From: Ptychomitrium polyphyllum
Lineage: Eukaryota
Reading direction: 5' to 3'
Assembly (NCBI GenBank): GCA_973851085.1
Contig: OZ316775.1
Location: forward strand, 3,100,001-3,164,000
Length of the DNA stretch: 64,000 bases
Shown: piece after piece, positions 27,415 through 40,919 of the stretch
How the letters are laid out: every line of letters begins with the position of its first letter
Position numbering within the stretch: position 1 is the stretch's first letter
The notes under the pieces: model-generated
The model's input: the letters and a program-made list of their open reading frames with translations, nothing else
The model's database searches: none
What the model was told of the DNA's origin: nothing
Position numbers and translations under genes: made by a program

Positions 27415-29456
27415 ATGGCTATGGAAAATACGAGGTGGCCCTATTTTGATCCTGACTACGAGACTACTTGTTCTAGCTTCAACTCTCCAAGGTACGCCTA
27501 GTTCTATCGTACCACCCCATCTCTAACGTGTGTAGGTCTTTGCCTGTCTTTCTGACCTTGACTGGTTCTTGACGCCGGGAATTTCTTTGCTGACTGAATT
27601 GGACACTTACATTTGTAATGTGCAGAGTGACGATTGAAAACGATACGTATGATAACGCTACTGTTGTGAAGGTTTACAGCGCCAACACGCATGGCATACT
27701 ATTGAATGTCATACAAGTGCTCACAGACCTCGATTTGTCAATTATCAAGTCTGACATTTTTTCCGACGGAGATTGGTTTATGGATGGTGAGTTTCCGAGA
27801 TACTAAAGATTGTTTCTGATGCACGTCTTTTAGTTCAATTAAAGATTAGACTATGGTAGCTTCGTAGAACTCGTGTCATGTGGATAAAATGGAGCTAACA
27901 TGTGAATTTGATTCTGCAGTATTTCATGTCGTGGATCGCAATGGTAACAAAGTTCGCGACCAGGAGACTATGGAGTACATTCAGAAGGTACGTGGATACC
28001 AAGTCATGTAATGCGCGTGAGGGTCTTTTGGTCCGATCCTTCTGTAGGCAATTGTATTTCCTTCAGTTTCAGTTTCATTCCTCCATCTGCCAGAATATCT
28101 GATTTTCTGGTTGCCATACTGTATTGCAGTCTTTGGAATATAGGACCAAAAGAGAGCAGTCGTTAGCAGACTTGCTTCGTCGATCCGCTGGTTTGGCGTT
28201 CTCTGACCACACGGTAGTTGAGTTAACTGGGCCTGATAGACCGGGGCTTTTATCAGAAATATCTGCAGTTCTCACGAGGTTGGAGTGTAATGTGCATGCT
28301 GCCGAGGTGTGGACGCACAACCTCAGAGCTGCCTGTGTTGTTTATTTCACTGATACGGCTACGGGTTGCCCCATTGAGAGTCGGTCAAGGCTTGATCATA
28401 TCAAGGAGCTATTGTCCAGAGTTATGAAAGGAGACCATGATGAACAAGCTGCAAGATGCAAGATAGAATATGCTACAGAAAGTACGCACATAGAGAGACG
28501 GCTCCATCAGCTGATGTATGATGACAGAGGATACGAGGGGCTGGATCGTTCTAGGAATTCACAGGATAGGCCAAACATCCAAATCAAGAGAAACGAACGT
28601 GGGTACTCCATGGTCAGCATTCAGTGCAAAGATCGTCCGAAGCTCTTGTTCGATATCGTGTGTACTTTGACAGACATGCAATATGTGATACATCACGCAC
28701 TAATAAATTCCCCAGGTCCTGAAACGATTCAGGTTAGATTCCTTCTTAGAAGCTGAAGGATTTGTTTTCAACCACATTGTCTGAATTGATGCAATATAGG
28801 ATATATTTGAATCTTATGAGCAAGTTTTAAAACGGTATTTGTTCTAATATGACCTTTTTATTTCAGGATCTCTTCATTCGTCATGAGAATGGCTGCACTC
28901 TGGATAAAGAAACCGAGGAACACCTGAAAGTTTGTCTTGAAGCTGCCATTAACCGAAGGACCACCGAGGTACAGATTCCTCCAGACCTTTAGAAATTATA
29001 CTCTGCACTTGGAATGGTATATGACAAAACTGCTCCGATCGTAATTTCAATTCTTTAGTTGCGGCTATTCATGTTTTTATTAATCTGCTCCTGTTGGCAA
29101 TGCAGGGTTTGAGGTTGGAGCTTTGCATGAATGATCGAGTAGGACTCTTATCAGACGTAACCCGAATATTTCGGGAAAATGGTCTTTCAGTTGCCCGTGC
29201 AGACGTGACAACACGAGGTAACAAGGCTGAGAATGTGTTTTATGTGATCGACGCCTCTGGATGTCCTGTGGATATGAAAGTTGTGGAGGCCATGTGCAAG
29301 TCGATTGGTCATGCTACCTTACAAGTGAAGGGACTCCCACGGCAGGAACTTGAGCTCCCAACGTCCAAGTTGTCACTTGGTGGTCTTTTCCGAAGGTCGG
29401 AACGGTTAATCTATGGCCTCACGAGTATGAACTGGCGTTCGGCGGCGATTGCTTGA
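27415..29456 (+). CDS. ACR: ACT domain repeat (ACR) protein, four ACT domains, 453 aa
   Basis: Exons 27415-27491, 27626-27786, 27920-27987, 28130-28732, 28867-28968, 29106-29456; all GT-AG and in phase (1362 nt). Translation contains WPYFDPDYE, GILLNVIQVLTDL..DGDWFMDVFHV, ELTGPDRPGLLSEISAVL..AEVWTHN, HIERRLHQLM, CKDRPKLLFDIVCTLTDMQY and DRVGLLSDVTRIFRENGLSV, all typical of plant ACR proteins. Confidence 0.95.
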
Positions 29457-31000
29457 ATATAATGTTGAAAATATAGCTCCAAGTCACTCTTTAACGACAT
29501 AATAGCATGCAGCCGGGCTGATATTAAAGACAATTTTTGACTGCTCAGAGTAGAGGTGCTTATGTCATGTGGCTGAACAGACTGCAGAGATACTACTTGT
29601 CTTCTAGAATCAGCTTCTTGTTCAGCCGTGACGCTTTGCAATTCTTCAAGCTTAGAAAGCTTCTGTACATAAAAACGAGGAAGTACTTAGAGCATGGGGA
29701 TTTCTCCGGAGGTCTAGACTTACCTAAATCCATTTGAGACGCTACCCTGGAAGGGGCTCTGCGCTAACCATCTTCTTTGTATATAGCAGTCTCCTATTTT
29801 CAGACCGTATCATCTGAAACTTGATATTCCTCACATTTGAGGCCTGGTAACTTGGTGTGGTGTATTTATATATGAGTCTATGTCTGTCACTCCTGACTGA
29901 TATGTGATTATGACGTCAGCACTAGTTTCGTGATCAGATCTCTAGTTCCATATCCTAAAAATTATTCACTCTTATAAAAAGTAGACGCTGAAATGATGGA
30001 TCTGAATTGTTTTAAATATGTAGCTGTGGAACTGTTCGGCGTTGCCTTCTGCTTCACTATTAAGCATAAAGGTGATACAATGTACAGGTTCCTTGCTTTT
30101 CAAAATGAATTTAATATCCCCTTTACAGGCCAACTTATAATTCTTGTGATGTTCTTAGTAACTAGCCTGGATTCTCTTATGTCGTGTTAGAGCAGAAGTG
30201 AAGTTAAACTCTTGAATTGCAGACTGTAGCAACATTGAAGAGGGAATCCTGAGCAGGAGTAGGTTATCGTCTACAAAATTGCTGCCGATGAATGTTGATG
30301 TTAAACAGCTTATTTGATTCACAAATTGGCTTGTACTGTTACTCTATTGAGTAGTGTCAAATAAATGTTTGGATACAACTGCCATTTGGTTTTTGCCCAC
30401 TTGCTGACTCAATGCAGTAAGTGAACTTCCTAAATTTTGGGGTTATTTATTTAAGTGTTTTCAAGAAGAATAGTTGCCCGTAAGCATTTGTCGCTCAAAC
30501 AGTTCTTAAATCTGTTCCAACACATCCTGGAACCTCGTGGGCTCCTGTGATAAAGTACTCTTTTGGGAACCAGCCTTCCATTTGCCTGTAATTCACCTGG
30601 GTTTCCCCTTGCCTGTAAGTAATCCAGAACTGCAACTAAAGCTGACAAATGAGACTTTTGCTAGATTATAATGGCCTGTCTGTCAATGTTGTATATACTG
30701 TTAAATGCTGTATTACTGTTAGTGAATCATGGCGCGCACAATCATGTACAAACATATTACATACATATATGTGTAGAAATTAGCACCCATTGCAATGCAA
30801 GAGCTTCAGATATGTTGACACTTTCTGATATGCATCACTTCCTTTTAGAGATCACCACATCATGTGAGTGTTTAGGGTGTTGCCACTTCTTGTTGAATGT
30901 ATATTTCTCATGCTTTGTGATGGTGTACAATTGAACACATTAAAGTACTCCCTCTTAGCTGATGTGAAAGTAAAGTGAAACTACAGCTGAAGTGAATCTG

Positions 31001-31021
31001 AAATAAAATAAAATAAAATAA
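31001..31021 (+). repeat. (AAATA)n short tandem repeat
   Basis: aaataaaataaaataaaataa. Confidence 0.8.
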
Positions 31022-32037
31022 CTGAAGCGAATCAGGGAGTCACAACTACATTGGCAGATACCAAGGGTATTGTGGCAGATTACGATAAAGATTTTTAAAT
31101 TTTTTAAAATTTTCAGTAGTAACAGAGTGATTTTCTGACCAAAAGAACCTTGAAATGTGTTCTATGAAGTTTGAATTCTAGTAAGTTTGAATACAAGTTG
31201 TAACTTATATTCAAAGACATGGAGAAACTGACATGGGAATATCTTATGGAACAGAGTGCTGTCTGATTTGTAAGTTGCAAATAGGGGACACCATAGAAAA
31301 TCTACAATTTTGATACGCTGGCACTTGAAGTGCCTGACAAACTTCATCAGCCATGAAGATAACATGGTACTGATGGATTGTTTGTGTGAGTCATTGATGG
31401 TCTTGCGTATGAACTTCTCTACTGCTCACCAGTTTCGCAGGCCTGTACATAAATTGACATTACTGTACACAGCATACAGAATACAACAGTGAAAAGACAC
31501 ACTCTGAATTTGACTAGGAGTAAATTATGCTGTGCTATCCTTAAAGCAGCAGCTGCTCATAAGTGTTCTGTAAATTTTTCTTGAAATCACTACTTACAAG
31601 ACCATAAGATTTTCAAAGCACACTAACTGATAGTATGGTAAGGAGGTGATGCTTTAGAATGTTGTCATGAGCAAAAAAATGTATACCACATATTATAGTT
31701 TTGGCTCAAACTATGTCACAATTTTGGGTCTTGAAATACTTTTCACTTTCAAGTTTCGTAGTAATTCCTATATTTGAAATAAAGTTATCAAAATATTTAC
31801 ATTCATCATGAGATTTTATTTCTTACCACTACAAATTATTTTCCAGAGATAGCACTACCAAGAATGGTTGTAACATCTTAAGTTGTTGTTTTAGAGTCAA
31901 CATACCAAACTTGATGTCACTGCACCAGTAACAACCATTATTGTGAATTACAGTAGTTTCAAAACTTCTACAACAACTTGGAACTAGAATAATAAAATAT
32001 GAGTCATAGTAGTTGAGGACTCTTAAAATAATTACAC

Positions 32038-32245
32038 TAGTGGTGGTTCACACTAATTTTTTATTCATATTAGTGCAAATTTAATTGCTAAATAAAATTT
32101 TTAATAATGATATTTTAAAAAACCGACAGAAAATTATTCTTGTACCTTTTATGTTCTCACACTAGTTTGACAATCTTCAACAAAATTAGTGTGAGAATTA
32201 GTGTAAAATTTCACAATAATCACAACAATCAGTGTACCTACCATG
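32038..32245. repeat. Possible degenerate MITE-like palindromic element
   Basis: Loosely complementary ends (gtggtggttcacactaatt and aatcagtgtacctaccatg), with internal cacacta/tagtgtg motifs in both orientations. Confidence 0.35.
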
Positions 32246-35200
32246 CTCTTTGGCCCGTAGGTTGGCTGTTGGGACTGGGCACAGTCTCCTCACAATAAGG
32301 TAGAGGCTCAAAACTGAGGCAGTCTTTTTTTTTTCTGATGCATAAGAAAGATCAATTCATTACAAACCAGCCAGTGTCATTGAGGCAGTCCTTTTACAAA
32401 TGGATCATATAATATTCAAACATGAAATAAGAAGAATTTAAACATGAATGTTGTAGATTTTTCCTTCTATAGTTGTAGGTGCATCAAGTTACACTTATGG
32501 AATTGTACTTCTCTACAATTCATTTCTTGTTTCAATTCCTATATGTGCCAAATCCCTGAAATCTCTAATTTTGGAGTTTAGATCTCACATGTTTAAAGAT
32601 ATATAACTTTACATTTATAACTTACACCATATGTTCTCACCCTTGAATCTTGCTACGACTGCACAATTTCATCACACATGGTCATCAATGTCCAGCACAT
32701 TTGCTCCAGCAATAAGGATGGTTGTTGCTAAATCCAAAGAAAGCATAATATTCTTCAATAGTGGAAAACCTCATTTTTCATAGTTATCATTATCTATTCT
32801 AGTTCCACAGCAGATGAAGCAAAAAATAAAATGATGCTAAGGTAACTTTGCTAAAGATTATTAAGATACTATAATTTCACATTCATTTCTAACTGAGGAT
32901 ATCTTAATCTTTGAAGCCCATACCATTTTTTAAAAGTATAATTTTCATTGATTCTTTGATAGTCAATGATCTTATTAGAAAAAATAAATTTAAATGTTAT
33001 CTTCTATGAATAATATAGTAGCTAAGAAAATACTTCTTATATGTTTGGGAACATTCAATGATACAATTAAAATTGTAGAATCCATAATTGTAACATATTT
33101 TGTGGAGTTCAAACGTAATTTTTGGAGGTTTATATAATTTGGCAATAAAAAAATCCTTTACCAATTTTTTTTTAAATGCATTTAATAAGTTAAATATTAC
33201 CATATTTTACAAGTATTTTAATGGCGTATGGCACTCTTGAATCACATTTATGTAGAATTTATTATAAATATTCAACTATCACATATGTTGCATTTATATT
33301 ACTTGTCTCAAATTGTGTATATATATAATTACTTATAAATTCATGATAGATCCATTTTAATGAGCACTTAAAACACAACAAAATTCATTAAAAATAATGT
33401 ATCTTCAATTTTTTGATTAAAAAGAAACATTTCAAAGTATTATATATACAACATTGTATAATTCATGTATTTGAAGGTATTATGTGTAAACATGCCTTTA
33501 ATCTAAAACATCATTATACATGCATGTATTTAAAAAAGTTACAATGATTGGAATTGGCACAATTTGTTGCATTGGAATTGTGTAACATCACAAAAAAATC
33601 ATACACTTTGAAATCTAGTTCATTACTAATAAAGAATTAGAAAAAATCTTGTTGATTTTGCAATCAAAAAGTAGTCATATGGCCTCCAAGGGATTAAAAT
33701 AAACCATCCTATTTTTTTGAAGATCTATAGTCACCAATTAGAAAACCACTAAAAAGTTCCAAATATACTTATGTTAACCACGAACTCATGGCAATATAGG
33801 ATTAGGCTTAGTGAACAATTGTAATGGATTGAAATTGAATGCAATTGAAATCATGGAGTGGTAATAATGTTTTTAGCACAATACAAATCCTTCTACAAAT
33901 TGGTCTCATAGTCATGGTTTTCCAAAAAAATGGCTTCTTTTCTTTGGATGCCCTTAAATTATGGCCTTCTACTACATAGATGGCTTGTGCAAATGCATCT
34001 TTCATATGCTTGCCCTATTTTCTTTACTTGCATGGTAGAAGACATTGAACATTGTTTATACAATGGCCTTGAATCAAATCTTATGACTATATAACATTTT
34101 TTATGAACCTTCATCTTTTCAATTCCAAATGTTTAAAGCCATCTTTTAAGGATTCTTTCCCTTCTAAAATTTTGCATTTCTAATGTTGAAATTGAAATTT
34201 TGGAAGGTACGATCAATATTTCTTTTGCTAATTGAACATATTACGTTCAATTCTTTTATGATATGCCTAAGATTTTTTTAATTTTTGTTCAAACATTTGC
34301 AAGCCTTGTAAGGACTTTTATAATTTGTTCTAGTGGAAAAATGGAAAGAGTATTTCCATGTGGCCTTCTAAAGATAGAGTGGTTTTTTTTCTAAAATTTA
34401 TATATTTATAAAATATTTTTTAGTCATTTGAGCAATTCACTTTTATTTCTTATGAATTAGAGAAAATAATAAACTGTAAATGAATACATATATTGAGTGT
34501 AATATATGGAAGACAATTCATTTATGGTCTTCTATCATCAATTTCCATAGCTTTTAATCTATAATTTGATTAATACAAGAATAATACTTTTGAAAGATTT
34601 TAATCATACTTTTAAAGAATATTCACAAGAATTATTGAAGAATGTTATGTAATGCTATTTTACATGCTAGTTATTGTAGTGGATCATTGTAAACTAGTTT
34701 TATAAAAAAAATCTAATAAAATATTAATAAAAACTTATAAATCAATTATTTTAATAATTTATAAAGGTTTAAAATCAGATTTATTAACATTAAAAGAAAT
34801 ATGTGCCTCCCTATAAATATTTCAACTTATTTTCTTTAACAATGAGCTTTTTGTTTTCTTTAGAATTGTTATAATGCTTATAGTGGAAGGAGGTGTAAAA
34901 TACTTACTTTCTACATACAACTTGGTAGAATTTTCACTAATTGACTATTTAATGATGGAAGTTTGATTTATTTTTTATTATATTATTTTTTATTTTTTAA
35001 TTGAAAAAAATTGAGTTAAATTTGGACAAAGTTCATTCTAATGAAAGTTCTTTATAAATTAAGGAATGTTTTATAAGATTTTTAGGTCCTTTTATTTATG
35101 TGTTCAACCAATAAGGTCGAAGTTGTCATAATGGTTTAATGTGCAAGAAATCCTACAACAAAGGTGAGTGGCTATTTTTGTTTTAGAATATACATTCCAA

Positions 35201-36599
35201 TTTTAAAACAAGAAATGAAAAAATGTTATCAAAATGACACAAAACAATAAGATCTCTATTAACGTCATTTAACATCACAATTCATGTCTCCAAGTTTATT
35301 GATGGAAAGACACATAGTAATTGCATCAATTAGCATATTCTGATTGGAGTATTTAGAATTGGAGTTCTGGTAAACAATACCAAATAAGTGACTAAAACAT
35401 CTTTTTAATCTATTACAAACAAGACTTTAGTGTGAGCGTGAGTACTTGAAAGGTAGATTACTACAATTGGCCTATAAATGGGAGGAGGCCATAGCAACTA
35501 CTATACAGAAAACTAGATTTACACTCAAAAGTATATGCTCTTGCTCACACTCCAGCCTTATTACAAAGGGTTTCTTCCTAATGCTTCAGCAATCTACTTA
35601 AAAATTTTCATTTTTTGAAACAAAGCAGGCAATTTTTTACTTGTTTCCATCTGTCTAGTATGCTGTATGTGACACACCACCTTGATTAAAAAACAAAATG
35701 AAAGAGTGAACTCAGAAAGCAAATCACAGGAATAAGTGTGCTGGGCATTGAAATTGAGAAACAAAAGTTTATACTGATGCTGAATGTTCCTCTTCAATTT
35801 CCTACAGGAGTACATGTAACAGTTAAACTCAACCCAGTACATATCCTAGGTTTTGTAATTTGTGCCAGTTTTTGAGAATACGATAAAATTTCATTCGTAT
35901 GACAAGTCTACTTGTCATAATGAAATGTTCCTTCTTCATCTTTACTTAACTTACAATGTACAGAAGGCTAACTTACTGCCAACCACCTAGTGAGCCAGGT
36001 GCTGCTTCCTTGAGAAAGGTCCAGTGACCAGCTATGTTACAAAAAAACCATATTCTTTTGCCCATTCCTAAGGAGCCTATGTCAGACCAAGGAGGCAGTG
36101 CCCAGACTTTTGAGGCACAATCTCCATGTTATTCTATATTGTTGCAACAATATTTCTAGCCACTCTTTTAATCCAAGATGAACTCCCCACAATTGTGATT
36201 TTAATTTTAGAAGGCCCAGTTGTGAATTTTCATGATCTTATTCATCTACAATGCATAAATTCGTGCTTCAAGAATCTATTCTCAGCCTAGAGTGTCTAAT
36301 TTTTATGGTTGTACTTGATTAGTTTTTCTGTAAGTTCTGAAGCAGTATTTTGGACATCAGGCTGTTGACTGGTGCCTCAAAATTAACATTTGGTTGCCAT
36401 TACCATGACCAAGTTTGCTGCAGTGTTCATCCGTCAGAGAGAAGGATATAGTACTTTAGTGAACCTGATGGGCAGTTCAAAAACTACTGTGCTTTCATTT
36501 TTATTTTTTAGCTTTGAAACCAATTACTTTTATTTCATACTATGTTCATTGCATGATTGAAATACAAATCTTGCTCTTAACTTACACATGAGCTCAAAT

Positions 36600-36945
36600 T
36601 GTAAGGATTGTTATATAACATTCTTTAATAATCCATCTAAACACATTCTCTTTTGAAGAGGAAATTACATCATTCAAGGGTGCAATTGCAATTGCAATTG
36701 TATAGTTTTGTTCTACTGAAGTTGAAGGGATGTAAACACCAAGCTATCATATTAGATGTACACATTCATTCAACCACATGCATTCATTATCAACTAATGT
36801 TGATTTCCCTCTTTCTAAAAAAAGGATAAATTGCTCCAATCCATACAAAATATTTGGTAAAAGGCTTGTTGAAAGTATTGTCAAAAGCATTCTAGATTGT
36901 ACGAGTTACTTAATCATGTAACAAAGTAAAAATATTTCTAAACTT
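36600..36945 (-). pseudogene. Possible decayed PIF1-like (Helitron) helicase fragment
   Basis: Minus-strand pieces V*KYFYFVT*LSN, KPFTKYFVWIG and AIAIAPLNDVISSSKENVFRWI resemble the PIF1 LW..F....L..NMR / FA.YLL.IG / AILAP.N..V order. Frameshifted; weak match. Confidence 0.35.
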
Positions 36946-39900
36946 ATTCCACTTTTTGCAAAAATAAAATAATTTTTATTTGATCTATTAATTTTATTAC
37001 TTCTACTTCTACAAATTCTTTATGAGTTTAATATCAACAATAATATATTAATTTATAAAAGTATTTATTCTATATACTTTTTATTGAATATTTGGGCTAA
37101 ATATAGTTTCTTGGTGCCTTAGTAGAATGAATCTTATTGGTGCTAGATAAAACATGTTCTTATACATATTTGGATAATATATATGAAGGACAAATCTATT
37201 TTTATATTTGGTTAGTACTTCTCTTGTTTAGTATGTAATTTTTTCTAACCTTAAACCTTTGTTCAATGTTATCATGATCAATTGTCATTATTTTTTATTG
37301 TTTGTTAATATGACCAAATTTTAATCTTCATTTTATATTTTTTGGTTAGTACAATCAATCTTTTAGCTATGATAAATGGAGAAGACCTTAATGTCTCTAG
37401 AAAGTCAAGGTCCCAAGGACTTTGAAGGGATTGGAACCCCTTTATTTTAGCAATAGTGGGGTTACCTGATGTTGAAGTGGGGACTTCGAACTAAATACCC
37501 CTCCAGAACAAAGTTTAGAAATTGAATGCTTGTGGAATTGAGAAGCCCTGAAGCCTTTCCTTCTTGGACCAGAACTCTGTCTCCTCTTCTTGTCCAAGCA
37601 TACCTGGCAAGTTAGTGTATGTAGCATTCACCTTTCTTGCAGGGCCATTTCTACATGACTGGGTATATATCACTGTCCTTTCTCTTCCTCATTTCAAACA
37701 GATGGGTTGCCGGCCATCACTCTGACCTTGCCATTTATCCAGCTGATCAAAGATCCAGGGCTGGTACCTTAATACCTGCACTATTTGCTGTTGTATTCTT
37801 CTCATTTAAGGCCAGTATTGATCTCTTATACAAGGATGCAGTATAGTATATTTGATGAAATTTCATTAGTGTATAGAACCAAGTGTGCAGAAGTTGTTGA
37901 GAATTTCAAACATTATCCATATTTTCATAAAACACAGCAGCTGATGAATACTAATGGCAGTGGCATTGTTCAGTGGTAGACTTGAGAGTGGCCATAGAAG
38001 TTTTCATATAAATAGTCACTTTAAAAGCCTTTGAGAAGCTGTGAAAAGATGGTTGAGGCCATCCAGGTACAGTTCTTGCTGGAGTTGCAACAAGTAGTAT
38101 AATTCCATGCTTTGATAAACCTTGGCTTAATCAGACATGATAAATTGATTCATGACATGAAACTTGAAGCCAGTTAGCAAACCTTGGGAACTAGGATTTT
38201 GCACTGCAATTGTTCACACCACTCCAAGTTCATGTGGATTCTTTGACATCTTGAGATTTTATTGAAGAGGACACTTACATAATAGATGTAGTCTTCTGTA
38301 ATGCCAACATAACATACATTAGCAAAGGCAATTAGAGAGCTGACCTCCTTTACTCCCTGCTTCATTTACTATAGAACCACATTTGATACTTTTGATAGCC
38401 CATTACTGAAGGGTAAGATTCCCATTACAGGTCATGTGATAAAGTATTATTACAGGCAATCTCAAGATTAAAACATAAAGAACAACACATGCATTGCAAG
38501 TTTCCTTACTTGGGTCATTGCAGGGTGTGAACTGTTTGTCAAACCAATTTACACCATTAAACAATTCTATTCCCTTGTCAAAATGTTGCAAGTTTATGGA
38601 ATCTTGAGAGGTGCAATATACAAACCACAACAGAACAATCTGTTCTGTTCTATACGCATTCCAAATCATTCAAATTGTTACTGAGTGTCCATTGACCAAA
38701 CCTTGGCTAAAGAGGGTCTAAAAACTGAATTTAGTTACCTGCTCTTTCAATATATGCTTACGCATTGTATTCTCACAACTTACAGATCTTGGTCTCTTCA
38801 TTAGCTACAAAGAATTAGGAGCCTGATTATCTCTTCATCAGTTTATTTCTTCAGTGTTTTACACCACTTCAAGAGCGGTTGTAAAAGAGAACTGCTTCAT
38901 TGACATGTGGATTTACAAACTGAACTTGAGTACAATCAATATATGCAGATCGAGTAACATTAATTCCGTATGCCAAGGCAAGGCAAGGCGATGAGAATAA
39001 ATTGAGAAGTCATCTTCGACCTTGATCAAAATTGCAGCAACTGGCAATCATTTTCCAGGAGGCACTGCTGCCAGATTTTGCTGCTTCTTGGCGGAAGATC
39101 CTCAAATTTCATACAAATTTTACTTAAAGACTGATAAATGATTTTACATCGTCTGTCATGACTAGTAAGTGATAGGATGTGATGACTATCCAATGACAAA
39201 GACTCAGAATTGTTACACCGCTCTTGCCTTCTGTACAGATGTGCTCGTCTACGACTGTTGAATAGAGTCTAACAACCGTAGTGAGAGAACATACAGCGGC
39301 CTACCCGGATCCTACAATGTATAACCTGCAAATGTTATCACTTTTCACCTAGTTAGACTTGTAGGAGAGACGATGTAACACGATTGTTCACACTGATATA
39401 TGTGTCTCCCTAGGACACGTATAGAATTCTAATAATTATCTCTGTTCACACAGATTTGAAGTGTACGTGATCACTTTTTGATACCACTACGTAGATGATA
39501 AATTTTTGCAAAAACAGTGTAGAGTATGATTTTATTTGTTCTTCTGAAGCAGCCAATTCTCATCGAAATGTTAATTAGACAGCTTAAGTCTTAAATGGGG
39601 ATTTTGCTCTGATATTTCTTGGTGGGAATCTCTCGAAAGCTCTCCTGTGCACCGTCATGAGAACTGGGAAGCCATGTTTACTGAATACACTGTACCTTTA
39701 TAAAGTCAGTCACGTGTTTGAAATATTTCGTGGCTCAGCAAACGGAATGCAATTCCAGCCTGGTTGACTCCGTGCTCCTTTCGGTGCTTATATTCAGAAC
39801 ACGTAATTACTCTACCGATTTCATGAGGTTTTCTGTAAATTTCACTGAATGTTACTCTATGTTTTTGTGACGAGAGAATCTCTAAATCGGTAGGACATTA

Positions 39901-40919
39901 TTATGAACTCGGGTGGACAAGCCCAGGAGTAATCTCACCTGAAACTGGAAATCTGGACATGTGTTGTCTTCGTTTCTGCTGGAATGTCTTTACCAGATGA
40001 AATGAAGACTTTCAACATAAATCTTCGGCTTTTGATGCATGTATTCTACCTATGAACTAGAGCTCTATATTCCACCACCTGTTCCCCTCCTTGCATGGTG
40101 GACCTTCATTCTAGCTCTGCCGATCAATTAAGTGAAGAATAATTTTTGTTTGGAACTTTACTATCCAGCATTGAAGTGGTCGGGCTATGAAACAGACAAA
40201 ATATAGCTTCCCTTGGTTACTACACAAGTACGACAGCTCTACCGAGAGCTCTAAACTGCATCCTTAGCTTACAGCAATGTAATCTCCAAATTCAAGTTCT
40301 GCAGATCCAGCATTTTGATGAGTTTGAGTAGCCTCAGTAAGCTATAGAATTCGACTATTAACACTAAAGAATTATGAGCAACAATGATCCGCACCTAGAA
40401 CACTACAGTGTTATTTGTAAAGTTGACAATGGTTGGGAGAGATCACTTACGAGAGGAAAGAAGGAAGAGAAAAAAATTAAATGGTTAGTGTTGCTCACGT
40501 TAGTCCAATTTATGAGCCCTGACATCGAGGAATCAACGTGCTCAACACTGTAGCAACCTTCAACATAACTGTAAAAAATATGCTCGGCTGTTTTCTCACG
40601 CCATATTTAGATTCCATTGAAGCTTGCAACTTGCAGCGTATGCAGTGGATACTGCACAGCACTGAGTTCCGGTAGATATACAAATTGAATAATTAACCTA
40701 CCAAGAACAACCCACGTCTATTTCGTTCCTACCCCGTGATTCCTTTAAACCATATTTGTACCACTAAAACGACTTTCTGTATCGCATGCAGTAACTAGTC
40801 TAATGCCATGGAACCATCCGTCATAATGCGCTTGAAATTTGAGAATCGCTTGGAACCGGTTTGCTTAGTTAGAGGTCAGTTGAAGTCTTGGAGGACTTGA
40901 TCGACATGGTTCATGATTA

